A stretch of DNA of 64,000 nucleotides from an uncultured Verrucomicrobiae bacterium (GTDB lineage: Bacteria; Verrucomicrobiota; Verrucomicrobiia; Chthoniobacterales; UBA10450). A model generated the notes under the pieces. The model made no database searches, was not told the origin of the DNA, and saw nothing but the letters and a program-made list of their open reading frames with translations. Positions within the stretch are counted from its first letter, which is position 1, and every line of letters begins with the position of its first letter. Location: assembly GCA_963815455.1 (NCBI GenBank), contig CAWFGO010000001.1:1632001-1696000 (forward strand), in the 5' to 3' direction. A program made the position numbers and the translations under genes. Shown here piece by piece: positions 40,848 to 52,140 of this stretch.

Positions 40848-41681
40848 TTAACGCGATTTTTTTTCCAGAATCCGCTCGCGCGCTTTTGATAACCTTCGTC
40901 GTTCGGATTTAGAGAGGCCCTGGAAACCGCGCTGCGAAATCTTTTCCAGTAGCGGATCGATCTCTTCCGTCATCAACTGGTGGGGACTCATGCGAGCGTA
41001 GCGCTCCGCCTCCGCTCGGCGACGATTGAGGAAGCGCTGGAGGAACGACGGGCCGCCGAAACCCAGCAGATGCGCATACAGCCAACCCGCTGCGCAGCCG
41101 CCGAGCAGAGCGCTGTGTCCGACTATTCCGGTACGGCTTGTGCAAATCAGGACGAGCGCAACCCCGACCGTTGCATAAGCGAGGTGTTTTATTTTGATGC
41201 GGACCGGCAAGACGAAGATCAGCGCGTTGAGTTCGAGCTCGGGTAGAATGGTTGCATAGGCGACAACCACAGCCGCAACGCCCCCGGTCGCGGCCAAAAG
41301 AATAGTGTCGGTCGGCATCAAAAAAAGATGCCCCAGCTCGCCGCCGATTGCTCCCGACAGATAGAGGTAAAGAAAATGGCGCTGGCCGAGAATGGATTCG
41401 ACGTCGCGTCCGAGCAGGTAAAGCATGAACATGTTGCCGGCAAAAATCCACGGGCCGCTGTGGAGAAAAATGGCGGTGGCAAACTGCCAGGCGTAGGCGT
41501 CGTGCACGCCGCGATCGCTGATGCCAAGATACTCTCGGACAAAGCCGGGTTGCCAGGCTTCGAGGACGAGCTGTGCGATAAAAACGGCGACGTTGGTGCC
41601 GATCAGGCAGAACAGGACGACGCGATGATGGTGCGTCCAATGCCGTGTGTAAAACGGTGCCTTGCGGCCAGAGAGACGCAT
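40848..41681 (-). CDS. Rhomboid-family intramembrane protease-like protein
   Basis: WQF.TAIFLH, NM..L..LG..VE..LG...F, C-terminal ID.LL.KIS..G...L...E helix; GASG appears as ATGG, so catalysis is uncertain. Confidence 0.8.
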   Translation of the reverse strand: MRLSGRKAPFYTRHWTHHHRVVLFCLIGTNVAVFIAQLVLEAWQPGFVREYLGISDRGVHDAYAWQFATAIFLHSGPWIFAGNMFMLYLLGRDVESILGQRHFLYLYLSGAIGGELGHLFLMPTDTILLAATGGVAAVVVAYATILPELELNALIFVLPVRIKIKHLAYATVGVALVLICTSRTGIVGHSALLGGCAAGWLYAHLLGFGGPSFLQRFLNRRRAEAERYARMSPHQLMTEEIDPLLEKISQRGFQGLSKSERRRLSKARERILEKKSR

Positions 41682-41766
41682 TGCACGAGAATATCGCAGA
41701 CGACTTTAAATGTCATCAGAATCCGGCTTTCAAGCGCAAAAAGTTACGGGTTGGCCACTTTAAACC

Positions 41767-41848
41767 TGTCATTCCGAGCGAAGTCGAGGAATCCCGTGGC
41801 AATACCTCCAGCGGCGCGACGGGAGCCTTCGGCTTCGCTCAGGATGAC
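41767..41848. repeat. TGTCATTCCGAGCG-family palindromic element
   Basis: TGTCATTCCGAGCGAAGTCGAGGAATCCCGT...ACGGGAGCCTTCGGCTTCGCTCAGGATGAC. Confidence 0.8.
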
Positions 41849-42718
41849 CGAGCGCGGGCCGGCGCCAGGACCCGCAGGGCTTTTTCCTGCATCCCGAATT
41901 CGACCGGGCATTTCCCGACCAGTTCGCCGTCGAGCTCGACCGGGACATCCTGGTCGCTGGTGACGCGCAGACGCCGGGTTTGGAAATATTCGATCTCGGG
42001 AACGCGAATGTCGGAACTAAACACGACGTCCTGGAGATACTTGATAATTTCGAGGTAGCCGAGCCGTTTGAAAACGACGACATCGAACAATCCATCATCA
42101 ATAACGGCGTGTTTGAAAAAAGGAAATGGCCCGCCGTAAAGACGCCCATTGCCGATCAACACGAACGAGCCTTCATCGATCGTTGCATTTTCCGATTCGA
42201 TGAATAGTCGCGGTGGCTTTCGGGCCGCGATCTGCGCCGCCGAGATCAAGTAGCTGAGGGGGCCGAAACTGCGCTTTAAACGCGAGGCTGGTTTCTTTGA
42301 CCACCTGTGCATCGAGACCCACGCCACCGAGCTGAACAAAATACTTTCCATTCGCGTTTGGAAGATCGACAAGTCGCGTGTGCCCGCGCTGGATGATATC
42401 CCAGCAACGCTGGAGATCGTTCGCGGGCAGGCCGAGTTCCATGGCGAAGACGTTTACCGTGCCCATTGGCAAAAGACCCAGGGCCGCGTTGCTTCCGGCG
42501 AGCCCGTTCACGACCTCGTTAATAGTTCCATCGCCTCCGGCGGCGACGATCTTTTCGAAGCCTTCCCGAACCGCATGGCGGGCGAGGCTCTCCGCTTCAC
42601 CCGAGCGTGACGTCGCGCGCAGGAGAGATCCGCCGGCGATCGATTCGATTTGCGCGCGCCATCGATTCGCCCGTACGCCGCGTGCCGCCGGATTGAGAAT
42701 GACCACCGTGTCACTCAT
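41839..42718 (-). CDS. Diacylglycerol kinase-like lipid kinase (YegS/DgkB family); +1 frameshift near 42280
   Basis: NPAA, GGDGTINEV, P.GTVN.FA, G.GLDA | NG..YGG, DDG..DV, ELDGE. Confidence 0.85.
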
Positions 42719-42781
42719 CCGGGATGATCTGGAACCGGGCTTTGATCTTTTCTTCAAACTGAGGCTGGGTAACGTCTCCGG

Positions 42782-44326
42782 GTGGGAAAGTTACGCCGAA
42801 TAATTCTGATTGCCGTGGGAGTGGTGGTCGCGCTGGCCGCGATTGTCCTGATGGGCGTGAACTTGTATGTGCAATCGCAGGCGACACAAGCGAAGATTCA
42901 GCAGGAACTCAGCCATCATCTCGGTACGCAGATTAGCATTCGTCAGATCAGCGTGACTCCGTGGGGCGGACTCAAATTGAGCGGCATCGCCATTCCTCAA
43001 GCGTCCACCGTGAGTTCGAGCGACTTTCTCACAGCCAAAACCTTCCAGCTTCGAATCCGTTTTTTTTCCCTCTTTGCCCGGCGTCTGGTGATTAAGGAGG
43101 TATCACTGGTCAATCCCGATGTTGTTTGGCCGCAAAACTCCGAGGGAAAATGGAGATTGCCGGGCCCGGCTGAAGAAAAAGTCGCGGCCTCGGAGACGGA
43201 AACCGATGCTGCACCGTCGAGATCGGCGACGCCGGCCGCGGCGGAAACGGCCGGCACGCCGATTGAACCGTCAAGAAACGTGGCGAGTGCGAAAGTGGCG
43301 AAGGACGACGCCGGCATCTCGGTCTCAACCCAAGTTCAGCGGATCAACGTGCGGCACGGTAACTTCAGTTTCCTCGACCGTTTTGGCGCAATCGTTGGGA
43401 ATTTCCAAGATGTCGATTTTCGGTCTAACGTGCGCGGCCCGGCTTCCATTCGCGGCAACGCCAAGGTTGCGAAAATCTCGCTGCGCGATCGCTTCTTCCT
43501 TGATCGCCTGCAGTCGCCGTTCAGTTACGAACCGGATGTCCTGGAACTTTCCAAAATATCCGCGCATGCGGGCGGCGGTGAAATCCACGGCCATTTTGCC
43601 ATGCAACCCGAGTCCGAGGATTCGCCGTTTACAGCCAGCGTGACATTTAAAGATGTCCAGGCCGATCAAATTATTACTGATGCCGGCGGTCCCAAGGGGA
43701 TGGTGCAGGGTAAACTGGAGGGAAACTTCGAAGCCTCCGGCAAAACGGCCGATCCCGACGCGCTAACCGGCGCCGGCGAGATTTTCCTGCGGGATGGCCA
43801 GGTGCGTCAATATAGCCTGCTGGTTGCGCTGGGGCAGCTTCTGCAAATCGAAGAGCTCACCCAGCTTCAGCTCGAGCAGGCGCAGTCGAAATATCACGTC
43901 ACTCCCGGGTTGGTCACCATTGATCAGCTCGTGTTGCGCTCACCGAATATTCGGCTTTCGGCAACCGGCACGGTCACGTTCAACGGCAAGCTGAAGCTCG
44001 AATCTCAGTTGGCCATCAACGAAAAAATTCGCGGCCAACTTTTCAAAATGATCCGCGATAATTTTCAGCCAATCGATGAACCCGGATATTATGCGCTCGA
44101 TTTCCATGTCGGCGGGACGGTGGAACGCCCGAAGACAAATCTGATGGATCGAGTGGTCGGTCGCGGTCTTAAGGATTTGGTGGACGGCTTCTTTGGCAGC
44201 GGAAAACCAAAGAAGAAAAAGCGCGAAGCGGAAACGAGTGAAGAAGCCACGTCGTCGCCAACACCAGCGGCAGATGAGAGCCCGGCCGCGGACGAATCCC
44301 CGGCGGAAACAGCATCACCGCCATGA
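42782..44326 (+). CDS. AsmA-like envelope protein
   Basis: N-terminal TM helix, beta-rich body, C-terminal V.GT..P motif. Confidence 0.7.
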   Translation: MGKLRRIILIAVGVVVALAAIVLMGVNLYVQSQATQAKIQQELSHHLGTQISIRQISVTPWGGLKLSGIAIPQASTVSSSDFLTAKTFQLRIRFFSLFARRLVIKEVSLVNPDVVWPQNSEGKWRLPGPAEEKVAASETETDAAPSRSATPAAAETAGTPIEPSRNVASAKVAKDDAGISVSTQVQRINVRHGNFSFLDRFGAIVGNFQDVDFRSNVRGPASIRGNAKVAKISLRDRFFLDRLQSPFSYEPDVLELSKISAHAGGGEIHGHFAMQPESEDSPFTASVTFKDVQADQIITDAGGPKGMVQGKLEGNFEASGKTADPDALTGAGEIFLRDGQVRQYSLLVALGQLLQIEELTQLQLEQAQSKYHVTPGLVTIDQLVLRSPNIRLSATGTVTFNGKLKLESQLAINEKIRGQLFKMIRDNFQPIDEPGYYALDFHVGGTVERPKTNLMDRVVGRGLKDLVDGFFGSGKPKKKKREAETSEEATSSPTPAADESPAADESPAETASPP

Positions 44327-44922
44327 GAGTCATCGCCGGCAGCGCCGGCGGCGTCCCCCTCGCTGTCCCGAAAAAGGGCGTCCGTCCCACCATGGACCGC
44401 GTCAAAGCCGCGATTTTTTCCAGTCTGGGCGAAGCGGTCATCGGAGCGAAGATTCTCGATCTTTTCGCCGGGACCGGCGCCCTCGGAATCGAAGCGCTCA
44501 GCCGTGGCGCAGCCTCCGCCATTTTTGTTGAGGAAGATCGACAGTCGGTTGCGGCAATCGAAAAAAATCTGGCGAAAACGAAACTGAAAGGTGGCGTACG
44601 GCAGGAAAACGTTTTTGATTTTGTGCAGCGCGCTGCCGGGAAGGAAAAATTCGACATTGTTTTTGCCGATCCGCCCTACGAAAAGACGAAGTCAGGCGAG
44701 CGTTTTACGGAGAAACTACTGGCAAACGATGTCTTGCCTCGTTTGCTCGAGCCCGATGGCATCTTTGTTCTCGAGAAACGTCCGGGCGAAACTCTTCCAG
44801 AAATGAAACAGTGGAACCTGATTCGCCAAAAAACCTACGGCGCGACCGAGGTTCTGTTTTTGCAATTCGAAAGCGATGCGGGGACGCACCGCACTCCAAA
44901 GCACTGCGTGCGAAATCAGTGA
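44323..44922 (+). CDS. rsmD: 16S rRNA m2G966 methyltransferase
   Basis: MRVIAG, RPT.DRVK, LDLFAGTG.LG.EALSRGA, DPPY, YG.T. Confidence 0.93.
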   Translation: MRVIAGSAGGVPLAVPKKGVRPTMDRVKAAIFSSLGEAVIGAKILDLFAGTGALGIEALSRGAASAIFVEEDRQSVAAIEKNLAKTKLKGGVRQENVFDFVQRAAGKEKFDIVFADPPYEKTKSGERFTEKLLANDVLPRLLEPDGIFVLEKRPGETLPEMKQWNLIRQKTYGATEVLFLQFESDAGTHRTPKHCVRNQ

Positions 44923-44980
44923 GGGCATGTTCTGTTTTCGCGAAGCTTTCGGAGTGCGACGCCGTCCTCGCGTCGCTTTT
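44869..44980. repeat. TTGGAGTGCG-family palindromic element overlapping the rsmD 3' end
   Basis: GAAAGCGATGCGGGGACGCACCGCACTCCAAAG ... CTTTCGGAGTGCGACGCCGTCCTCGCGTCGCTTT. Confidence 0.7.
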
Positions 44981-45006
44981 TAAGACATGATTCAATTTCG
45001 AAACAA

Positions 45007-46326
45007 ATGATTCGCTTCATTTACAATCTGCTGTGGCCGCTCGGGCTGCTGTTTTTTTTGCCGGGTTATTTGGTAAAAATGTTTCGGCGCGGCGGTTATC
45101 GGGAGAAATTCGGACAACGCTTCGGAATGTACGATGTCGATCTTTGCCGGCGCCTGTCGCAGCGAAGATCGACATGGTTGCACGCGGTGAGCGTGGGCGA
45201 GGTTGCCATTGCGTTAAAACTGGCCAACGCGTTGCGCATTGTTCAGCCGGATTTGCCTTGTGTCCTCACAACGACCACCACCACCGGATTCGCTTTTGCC
45301 CGGAAGAACGCCCCGCCCTGGATGGAAGTGATGTATACCCCGCTCGATTTCTGGCCCGTCATGCGGCGCGCATTCGATGTTGTTCAACCGGCACGAATTC
45401 TTTTGGTCGAGGCCGAAGTCTGGCCAAACCTGGCCGCGTTCGCGCACGCCCGTAAAATTCCAATCGCGTTGGTCAACGCCCGCCTCTCGCCGCGATCCGA
45501 ACAAAGAATGCGCCGCTTTCGCTCTTTTGTTGGGCCAACTTTTCGGCTGCTCGATCTGGTTTGCGTGCAAACTGCCGAAGACATCGATCGGTGGACGGCG
45601 CTCGGGGTGGATCGGGCCCGAATCAAAAATGTCGGCAGTATTAAGTACGATTCGGAAAACACCGTTGTCGATGCAAACACGCCTCGAAAAGTTCTGACCG
45701 ACTTTGGCCTCGATAATCGGGTGGTCATATTTGGCGGCAGCACCCATGCCGGCGAAGAGAAGATTCTGGCCGAGGTTTTTCGGGCGTTGCGCCGGGACTT
45801 TGTCGATCTTCTCCTGGTGCTCGCGCCGCGACACACCGAGCGAACCCCCGAAGTTCAACGGGTGCTCGAGGAAGGCCGCTTCAGTGTAGCTTTGCGAACT
45901 CAACCGCCGATTCTCGATCGACCGATCGACTGCTTGATTCTCGATTCAACCGGGGAATTACGGGATTGGTACGGAATTGCCACCCTCGCGTTCATCGGAA
46001 AAAGTCTGATCGGCCGGGGTGGACAGAATCCGGCCGAAGCCATTCTGGCCGGCAAGCCGGTTTTGTTCGGGCCTCACATGGAAAACTTCGCCGCGCTGGC
46101 TGAGTCGCTCCTGGCGCAAGGTGGCGCGGTCCAGGTCAGTTCCGCGACCGAACTACGGCGGGCGATGGCCAGCCTTTTGCCCGATCCGGAACGGCGGGCA
46201 AAGATGGTACAAAACGCTCGCAAAGTCCTGGAGATGCATCGGGGCGCAACCGCGCGGACCGCGGAATTGATTGTCGATCTTCGATCAGGAGCACCCGCCT
46301 TCGCTGCGCTCTGGCGTGGCGAGTGA
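45007..46326 (+). CDS. waaA: 3-deoxy-D-manno-octulosonic acid transferase
   Basis: WLHAVSVGE, PLD, E.EVWPN, NARLS.RS, G..KYD, STH.GEE, PRH.ER, GGQNP.E, GPHM.NF. Confidence 0.95.
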   Translation: MIRFIYNLLWPLGLLFFLPGYLVKMFRRGGYREKFGQRFGMYDVDLCRRLSQRRSTWLHAVSVGEVAIALKLANALRIVQPDLPCVLTTTTTTGFAFARKNAPPWMEVMYTPLDFWPVMRRAFDVVQPARILLVEAEVWPNLAAFAHARKIPIALVNARLSPRSEQRMRRFRSFVGPTFRLLDLVCVQTAEDIDRWTALGVDRARIKNVGSIKYDSENTVVDANTPRKVLTDFGLDNRVVIFGGSTHAGEEKILAEVFRALRRDFVDLLLVLAPRHTERTPEVQRVLEEGRFSVALRTQPPILDRPIDCLILDSTGELRDWYGIATLAFIGKSLIGRGGQNPAEAILAGKPVLFGPHMENFAALAESLLAQGGAVQVSSATELRRAMASLLPDPERRAKMVQNARKVLEMHRGATARTAELIVDLRSGAPAFAALWRGE

Positions 46327-46397
46327 GCAAGAGCAGGGACGAGTCGATGTCCATTTGCCTTGGCCGCAACGAATGGAATATTGCCCGGCTCTTTATC

Positions 46398-46473
46398 GAC
46401 CCTATCGTCTAGAGGCCTAGGACACCGCCCTTTCACGGCGGTAACACGGGTTCGAATCCCGTTAGGGTCGCCA
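46398..46473 (+). tRNA. tRNA-Glu (TTC)
   Basis: GACCCTA/TAGGGTC acceptor stem, CCGCC-CTTTCAC-GGCGG anticodon arm, ACGGG-TTCGAAT-CCCGT T arm, CCA end. Confidence 0.97.
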
Positions 46474-46559
46474 TTTATCTTCATAGGTAAATCAGGCGAT
46501 TCGTGTCCAATTTCAGATTCGGCGTGACAAAAACGTGACAGATCTTCAGGATCGGACGC

Positions 46560-47776
46560 GTGAAAGCGAAACGCGTCGAGGTGAAAGAGGGGAAGCGTCT
46601 CTGTTCCCATTTACAGATTTTCTGATGGAAGATTTTGCGTCGACACGCTGGTTGGAAAAAGGCGGAAGCGAATCACCCGCGCCTCACTCGACGCAGCGAA
46701 AATCGAAGCTCGGAAACTCATCGCGCAGATTGCTTCGGGCCGCGCGCACGAGGAGCGAATGACGCTCGCAGAAGTCGAGGATTACCGGCTCGCGAAGAAC
46801 AAGGTGGCTCCATTCGGAATGTCACTGCTCAGCGCTGTGGAGGAATGGATCGCGGGACGGGGCAAGACGCACCGCATCATTTCCAAGACGGCGGCCGAAG
46901 TTGTCGAGGAGTTCCTCACATCGAAGCGCGTCGAAGGCGTGAGTTTCTTCCACTTGGAAGATCGGAAATACCGGATGAAAAAATTTGCCGCTGCATTCCC
47001 AGGCCGCATCGATCAAATCAGCACGCACGAAATTGAGGTTTGGTTGAATGGCCTCGGAATCAGCGGGCGCACGCGCAACAACTACCGCAACGCGGTCCTT
47101 CAACTTTTCCGCTACGCGCGCGGCAAGCGTTATCTGCCGCGGAATGAGCCGACCGTGGTCGAGGACGTGGCGTCGGCGAATCCGGCTGAGGGCGCAATTC
47201 AAATCTACACGCCGCAAGAGCTGCGCCTGCTTCTCTCACACGCTCCCGCGAAACTGCTGCCCTTTTTTGCGATCGGCGCATTCGCCGGTCTGCGGAGCCA
47301 GGAAATCATGCGGCTCGATTGGAGCGAAATCCGGTTCGAGCAAGACTTCATCGAAGTCGCTGCGGCGAAGGCGAAGACAGCCTCCCGGCGCCTCGCACCA
47401 CTCCTGCCCTGCGCTCGCCGCGTGGCTGTTGCCGCTGCGCCAGAAATTAGGTCACGTTGTCGGCTACACGCGCAACGACATGCTCTGCGAAGCGCGGCAG
47501 CGGTTCTGCAAGAGCGGTATCAAAGTGGGAGACGAGGTTTTTGAATTCAGGTGGAAGCCAAATGCGCTGCGGCACAGCTACGCAAGCTATCGACTGGCCG
47601 ATATCAAGGACGCCGCGCGGGTCGCGCTGGAGATGGGCAACTCGCCGGCAATGCTCTTTCGCAATTACCGCGAGCTTGTGACCGAGAAACAAGCGGCAGA
47701 ATGGTTCGCTGTACTTCCCGAAACCAAAAGATCCGCAAAACCAACCCCGAAAGAAATCGCGCGACAAGCCGCTTAA
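46560..47776 (+). CDS. Tyrosine integrase; +1 frameshifts near 46590 and 47410
   Basis: GTG46560; FAGLRSQEI (R), AKT (K), NALRHSYASY, MGNS....RNY (Y); both shifts fall in homopolymers. Confidence 0.88.
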
Positions 47777-48041
47777 CTGCGCGATTTGATCAAGAACTCC
47801 TCCATAAATACGACGAGTTCTTGAAGGCGATAGCGCACTAAATGTGAACTGACTTTGCGCGGATGAATGAATCCGAGACGGACCCACTCCTTGAACTGTG
47901 ATTCGCCGACGGAGAGAAATTTGCATGCGCCTTTGAGATCGAGATAGCCGCTGAAATCATTGATATCGCGAAAGCTGTTTTTCGACGGCTTCGCTGACGG
48001 CGCGAATCAACAATTCATCTAGGAACTTCAACGCGCAACAT
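47773..48041 (-). CDS. Excisionase-like HTH protein (two +1 frameshifts; absent from the ORF track)
   Basis: Reconstructed MLRVEVPDELLIRAVSEAVEKQLSRYNDFSGYLDLKGACKFLSVGESQFKEWVRLGFIHPRKVSSHLVRYRLQELVVFMEEFLIKSRS; convergent with int, sharing TTAA; the first shift is absent in the homolog at 55889-55961. Confidence 0.7.
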
Positions 48042-49141
48042 GCTTAAGACAGTAACCTGCTCGTGATGTTTCCTTGCGCTAATTTCGGCGCAGGTTTCCT
48101 TCCCTCGGGGAATGGAGTGCAGATGCTCAGGACGCATCGTTTACTCAATAGGGGCGATAACAACAGTGCGCGGCTCGAATGGCGTATTGTGTTTCATCCC
48201 AAAACCTCGAACGCGCCGGAACGCCAAGACGAGTTATCCGCCAAGTCGGGGTCGTAATCGGCGACCCAAACTGTTTTGTCCACGGAAGATTCCGTGAGCT
48301 TTGTTACGAGGGACGCCCTACCCCTTAGCAGTTACTAAGGAATTTCTGACTTGCCGCTAACCCGCTCGCGATCTGACGACCGCAACGCGCCGACATCGCA
48401 GCGCACACGCAATCCTTCAATAACGTTTGCCCGTGCATTCATGCCGCTGTCACCGACGAGTCATGCCAAGTTGCGTGTCGCCGAAGGATGGCATCGTAAG
48501 ACTGTGGCAAAGGGGTGCTTCACTCCGGCTCGTCCGGAGTTGCTCGCAACTGCCGACGTGGTAGCGGGAAGCGATTCGATCGCGCGATTGCTCACGGAGG
48601 TGAATCTCGACGACGCGCCGCAACGAGCACCGAGACGATCCAGCCATCGGCATGCGGCTGTTCGCACACCGACTGCTGCGCGAACGGCGGCCGTCCCAGC
48701 GATCATCGAGGCATTGCGACGCACACAATCCCCTGTTCCGCCAGTCGCATACCGAAGTGCCGTCGAGCGATTCGCCAATCGGTTGTGCGCAACAACGGCA
48801 TGTTGAGTTTGACCAAGTAATAGTGCCCTGCGGCCTAACAACGATAGCGCCATTTCGGAGCCTACGCGGTCCGGTTCCTTTATGTCATTTGCGGCTTTTC
48901 CATAGCCGAAACGATGCGATTTCCTTGGCGCGCCGTAGCCTTGTGCGAAGGCGGCTCCTGGGACGGACCCCTGAAGCAGGCCATTTTCCAGTCGGAATGC
49001 GGATCATTGCAGTGCGATTGCGACGATGACCTCAACTGTTGGCGGATTCCAGACAAAGGTGATCGAGAAGCCGGCGAAAATCGCCAACAGAGCGCCTATT
49101 GAGATTTGGCAAATAGCCGCCAGTGCCGGCACCCATTGCAT

Positions 49142-49861
49142 CTAGACCGGGCGGAGATCGTAGATGTCCGCCTCGCTTTGGTCGGGCTGCCGTGGATCGT
49201 AAAAAACCCGGACCTTATCGCCGTGATTCCAGCGCCCCATCATTCTAGATGGGAGATCGGGGCTTCGGCCGGAATGTTTCTTGCCGTCTACAATGTAGCG
49301 GTAGCGGAAAAAGGGCGGATGCTTTCCATTGATGGTAATGCTCTGGTCGAATTCGAAGCTTGTGATGTCGGCATCTACTCCCGAGCCTATCCGTAAGAGC
49401 GCGAGGCGTCTCATGATTTTCCGGCTGGCCACCACGACAAACGTCCAGCCAAGGCCGCCGAAAATGACGCCGAGAAGACCAAACACTGACGGCAGGACCC
49501 ACCATGCGTCATCAATCTCCCCGGCCAGTCGATTGCGGTCTGGATATTCCGGGAGATAGCGAATCGGGAGGCTATCGCCGTCTGTGAAGCGGCGCCACTT
49601 CTCCCACTTCACGTGTGCCTGCCGAATGTGCTCTCGGCCAAGCTGATCGTTGAAAACATATTTCAACCAGTAGGTGCTACTCGAATTGCGGCTGGAGCTG
49701 TGGCCTTTCTCCACCAGGGTGGCGGTGGCAACAACTCCATCCCTAAGAATCTCGCGCTCCACCCCGAGCTGATAAAGAGCAACCACCAGAAACGGTGTAC
49801 CCACGACGGCGAAGAGCAGTCCGAACCAAAAGAAAAAGGATCCGCGGATATAATTAAACAT
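49142..49861 (-). CDS. Membrane protein with two DUF3592-like domains
   Basis: TM, G....AT....Y...Y.F..GD.L.I.Y.P..P, TM, then the same pattern again (GD.V.V.YDP..P). Confidence 0.7.
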   Translation of the reverse strand: MFNYIRGSFFFWFGLLFAVVGTPFLVVALYQLGVEREILRDGVVATATLVEKGHSSSRNSSSTYWLKYVFNDQLGREHIRQAHVKWEKWRRFTDGDSLPIRYLPEYPDRNRLAGEIDDAWWVLPSVFGLLGVIFGGLGWTFVVVASRKIMRRLALLRIGSGVDADITSFEFDQSITINGKHPPFFRYRYIVDGKKHSGRSPDLPSRMMGRWNHGDKVRVFYDPRQPDQSEADIYDLRPV

Positions 49862-50176
49862 AAGGCGGCCGGTGCCGGTACCTCGCCACCAGCGTGCACG
49901 GGGGAACGCAAAGAAAGTCTGGGACCGCAAAAACTCTGGCAACGGATTCGACAGGCCAGTTCAAGATTCTCATCCTTTTCTGGCCCGTGTCCGCCGAGAC
50001 ATTCGCAACCGCTTTGAGCTTTCGCCTGTGGAAAGCGAATCGCTTCACGGGCTTGAGGCTGACAAATGGGCATTTCGGCGTCAAGACCGGGGTTGCTGAA
50101 CCTGGCCCGGGCGCGGGGATTAGCGTTGACCTCTGCCACCGCCCTGTGTCACAAAGGACTCGTTAGCGGATTCACG

Positions 50177-51065
50177 ATGTCCAGAACGATGAACTCAGGC
50201 AAAGGAGTGCCTCTCGGAAAGCCGTGCCATCGCGCGCTGTGTGCGCTGGCTGCGGGCGTTCTTTTGGGTGTCGTATCCTGTGGCCGCCCGCACAGCGCCG
50301 AGATTCCGAAATCGAGCGACGGTGTCGACCACTACAACCGCGCCATGGAGGCCATCGGCGCGGAACAATGGGAGGATGCCGTGCAGGAATTGCGGCAGGC
50401 AGTCCGTCTCGATCCGAAAGATGCCGCCGCCCATTTCCAACTCGGCTATGCCTACCGGGAATTGAAGCGCTACCCGGAAGCAGCGGAGGAATTTCAGCAG
50501 GCCATTCGCCTTGAGCCGGGTGACGGGCAGGCTTCTTTCCAACTCGGCCTTGTAAAATTGAACAGGGCGATCTCGCGCAGGCCAAAGCTGCGTTAAAGCA
50601 GGCCACCAGCCTGTTGCCGTATGATGCCGAGATCCAGGCTGCACTGGGCTATGCTGCGCTTAACCTGAAGCAGTACGACGAGGCCATTTCTGCCTACAAG
50701 GCGGTTGTGAAACTTCAGCCCATTAGTGCGCAGGCGCATTTTCTCCTCGGCTGGGCCGACAACGTCGCCGGCAAGTTTTCAGATGCTGTTGAGCCGCTCA
50801 AGCAAGCCATTCGCTTCCAACCGGATAATGCCCCCGCGCATAGCGAACTCGGATATGCCTATCGCAACATGAAGAAGTATGCCGAGGCCCTCACCGCTTA
50901 TCAGGAGGCGATTCGTATCGATCGAAATACGCGCCAGCTCACCACGGCGTCGGCGCAACCCAGCTTGCCCTCGGCAACAAGCCGGCGGCGCAGGAGGAGC
51001 TTAAACTCCTAACAACGCTGGATGCGGATTGGGCAAAGAAGCTGGCCGACGCCATCGCCCGATGA
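50177..51065 (+). CDS. TPR-repeat lipoprotein (frameshifted near 50570-50610 and 50930)
   Basis: Lipobox VVSC; repeated A.R..P..A.AH..LG.AY units across ORFs 50066 and 50614; tail ends LADAIAR-TGA at 51065. Confidence 0.75.
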
Positions 51066-51124
51066 ACGCAATAACGGGCCGTGGACTGTTGTCGTGCCTG
51101 TTGAAGGAAACTCTCATTAGCTTT

Positions 51125-52070
51125 CTAGCCATTGGCGCCGGTGCCCATTGCTCCAGTAGCGTGGGCGTTATTCTGTATGTCTTTGAGGTAGAGCCTCTTT
51201 GGCGGTAGTGGCGCAGGCCGGTCGCACGAAACCTGGCTGGACGGAACCCAACCGGGGCTTCCACCTGGCGGACGAAAGTAATACCAACGCATACCGTTCT
51301 TCTCCTGCGTATTCGTGAAAACAACCCTGTCACCAGGGCACCCCGCCTACCTGGTGAATTCGTCGAAGGATCCGTATGAAGGGTGGCGGCATTAGCGCTC
51401 ACATAAATGAAACCCCGATCGCCGTCGCGCACGTTTTTGCAGCAGTCGCGACACCACACATGCAGTTGCCAATCGACGTTGAATCCTCCAGGAATCGTTT
51501 CGTGTCCCGAGTTTGAAAACCCTCCAGGGATCGTTTCGTGTCCCGAATTTGCAGCGAGTTCCCGGTAGGGAACATGAAACTGGGTGCCCAGGGCCATGGC
51601 AAGTCCGGCGAACGGGTTCATGCCCGGGGTCGACGACGACCGGACACCTTGCATTCGGCAGCCGGGCCCCCGATGCGGCTGAACTGAATCGTGGCTGTGG
51701 TTAGCGGGCGGATCATGAGCCAAATCTGATCTTTTTCCCGTCGGCCATCCACGGCAATATCGAAGGTGTCCGGGGTCACCGTGTGCATGAAGATGCAGCC
51801 GTCACTTTCAACAAAGGCACGGGGACGGCTAGTGATTTGGGCATTGCCCTTGCCGCTGATCTGTCCGGCATCGTTTATCGTGAACTCCAGTTCACAGTCC
51901 GCGAAATCCTTGTAAACATTGCCTTCGCCGAAAAGGTGCAGCGTTCCCGACCAATGGGTATCGGCCAACGCCGGCGAACGCCCGAACGCAAAGATCGCAA
52001 GCGCGAACGCGATCAGGCTTCGATTGAAGGCGCTCGATGCGTAGCGGGTGAAGAAGCTGGCGGACGCCAT
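51125..52070 (-). CDS. Secreted Cys-containing protein, paralog A, possible C-terminal SH3b-like domain (frameshifted)
   Basis: Signal peptide ending SPALA-D; highly similar to 52141-53076; C-terminal W.Y...PGG.PGWVPS.QVSC. Confidence 0.6.
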
Positions 52071-52140
52071 GGGTAAATCACTGCAGCCTATCGGCCTGTT
52101 GAACTTTTATCTCGCCTGCTGAAAAGATTTGCGTTACCTA

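Noticed and set aside
48063..49102. Overlapping short ORFs in the island
   Set aside because: No motifs, Arg/Ala/Ser-rich shadow-like composition, mutually overlapping.
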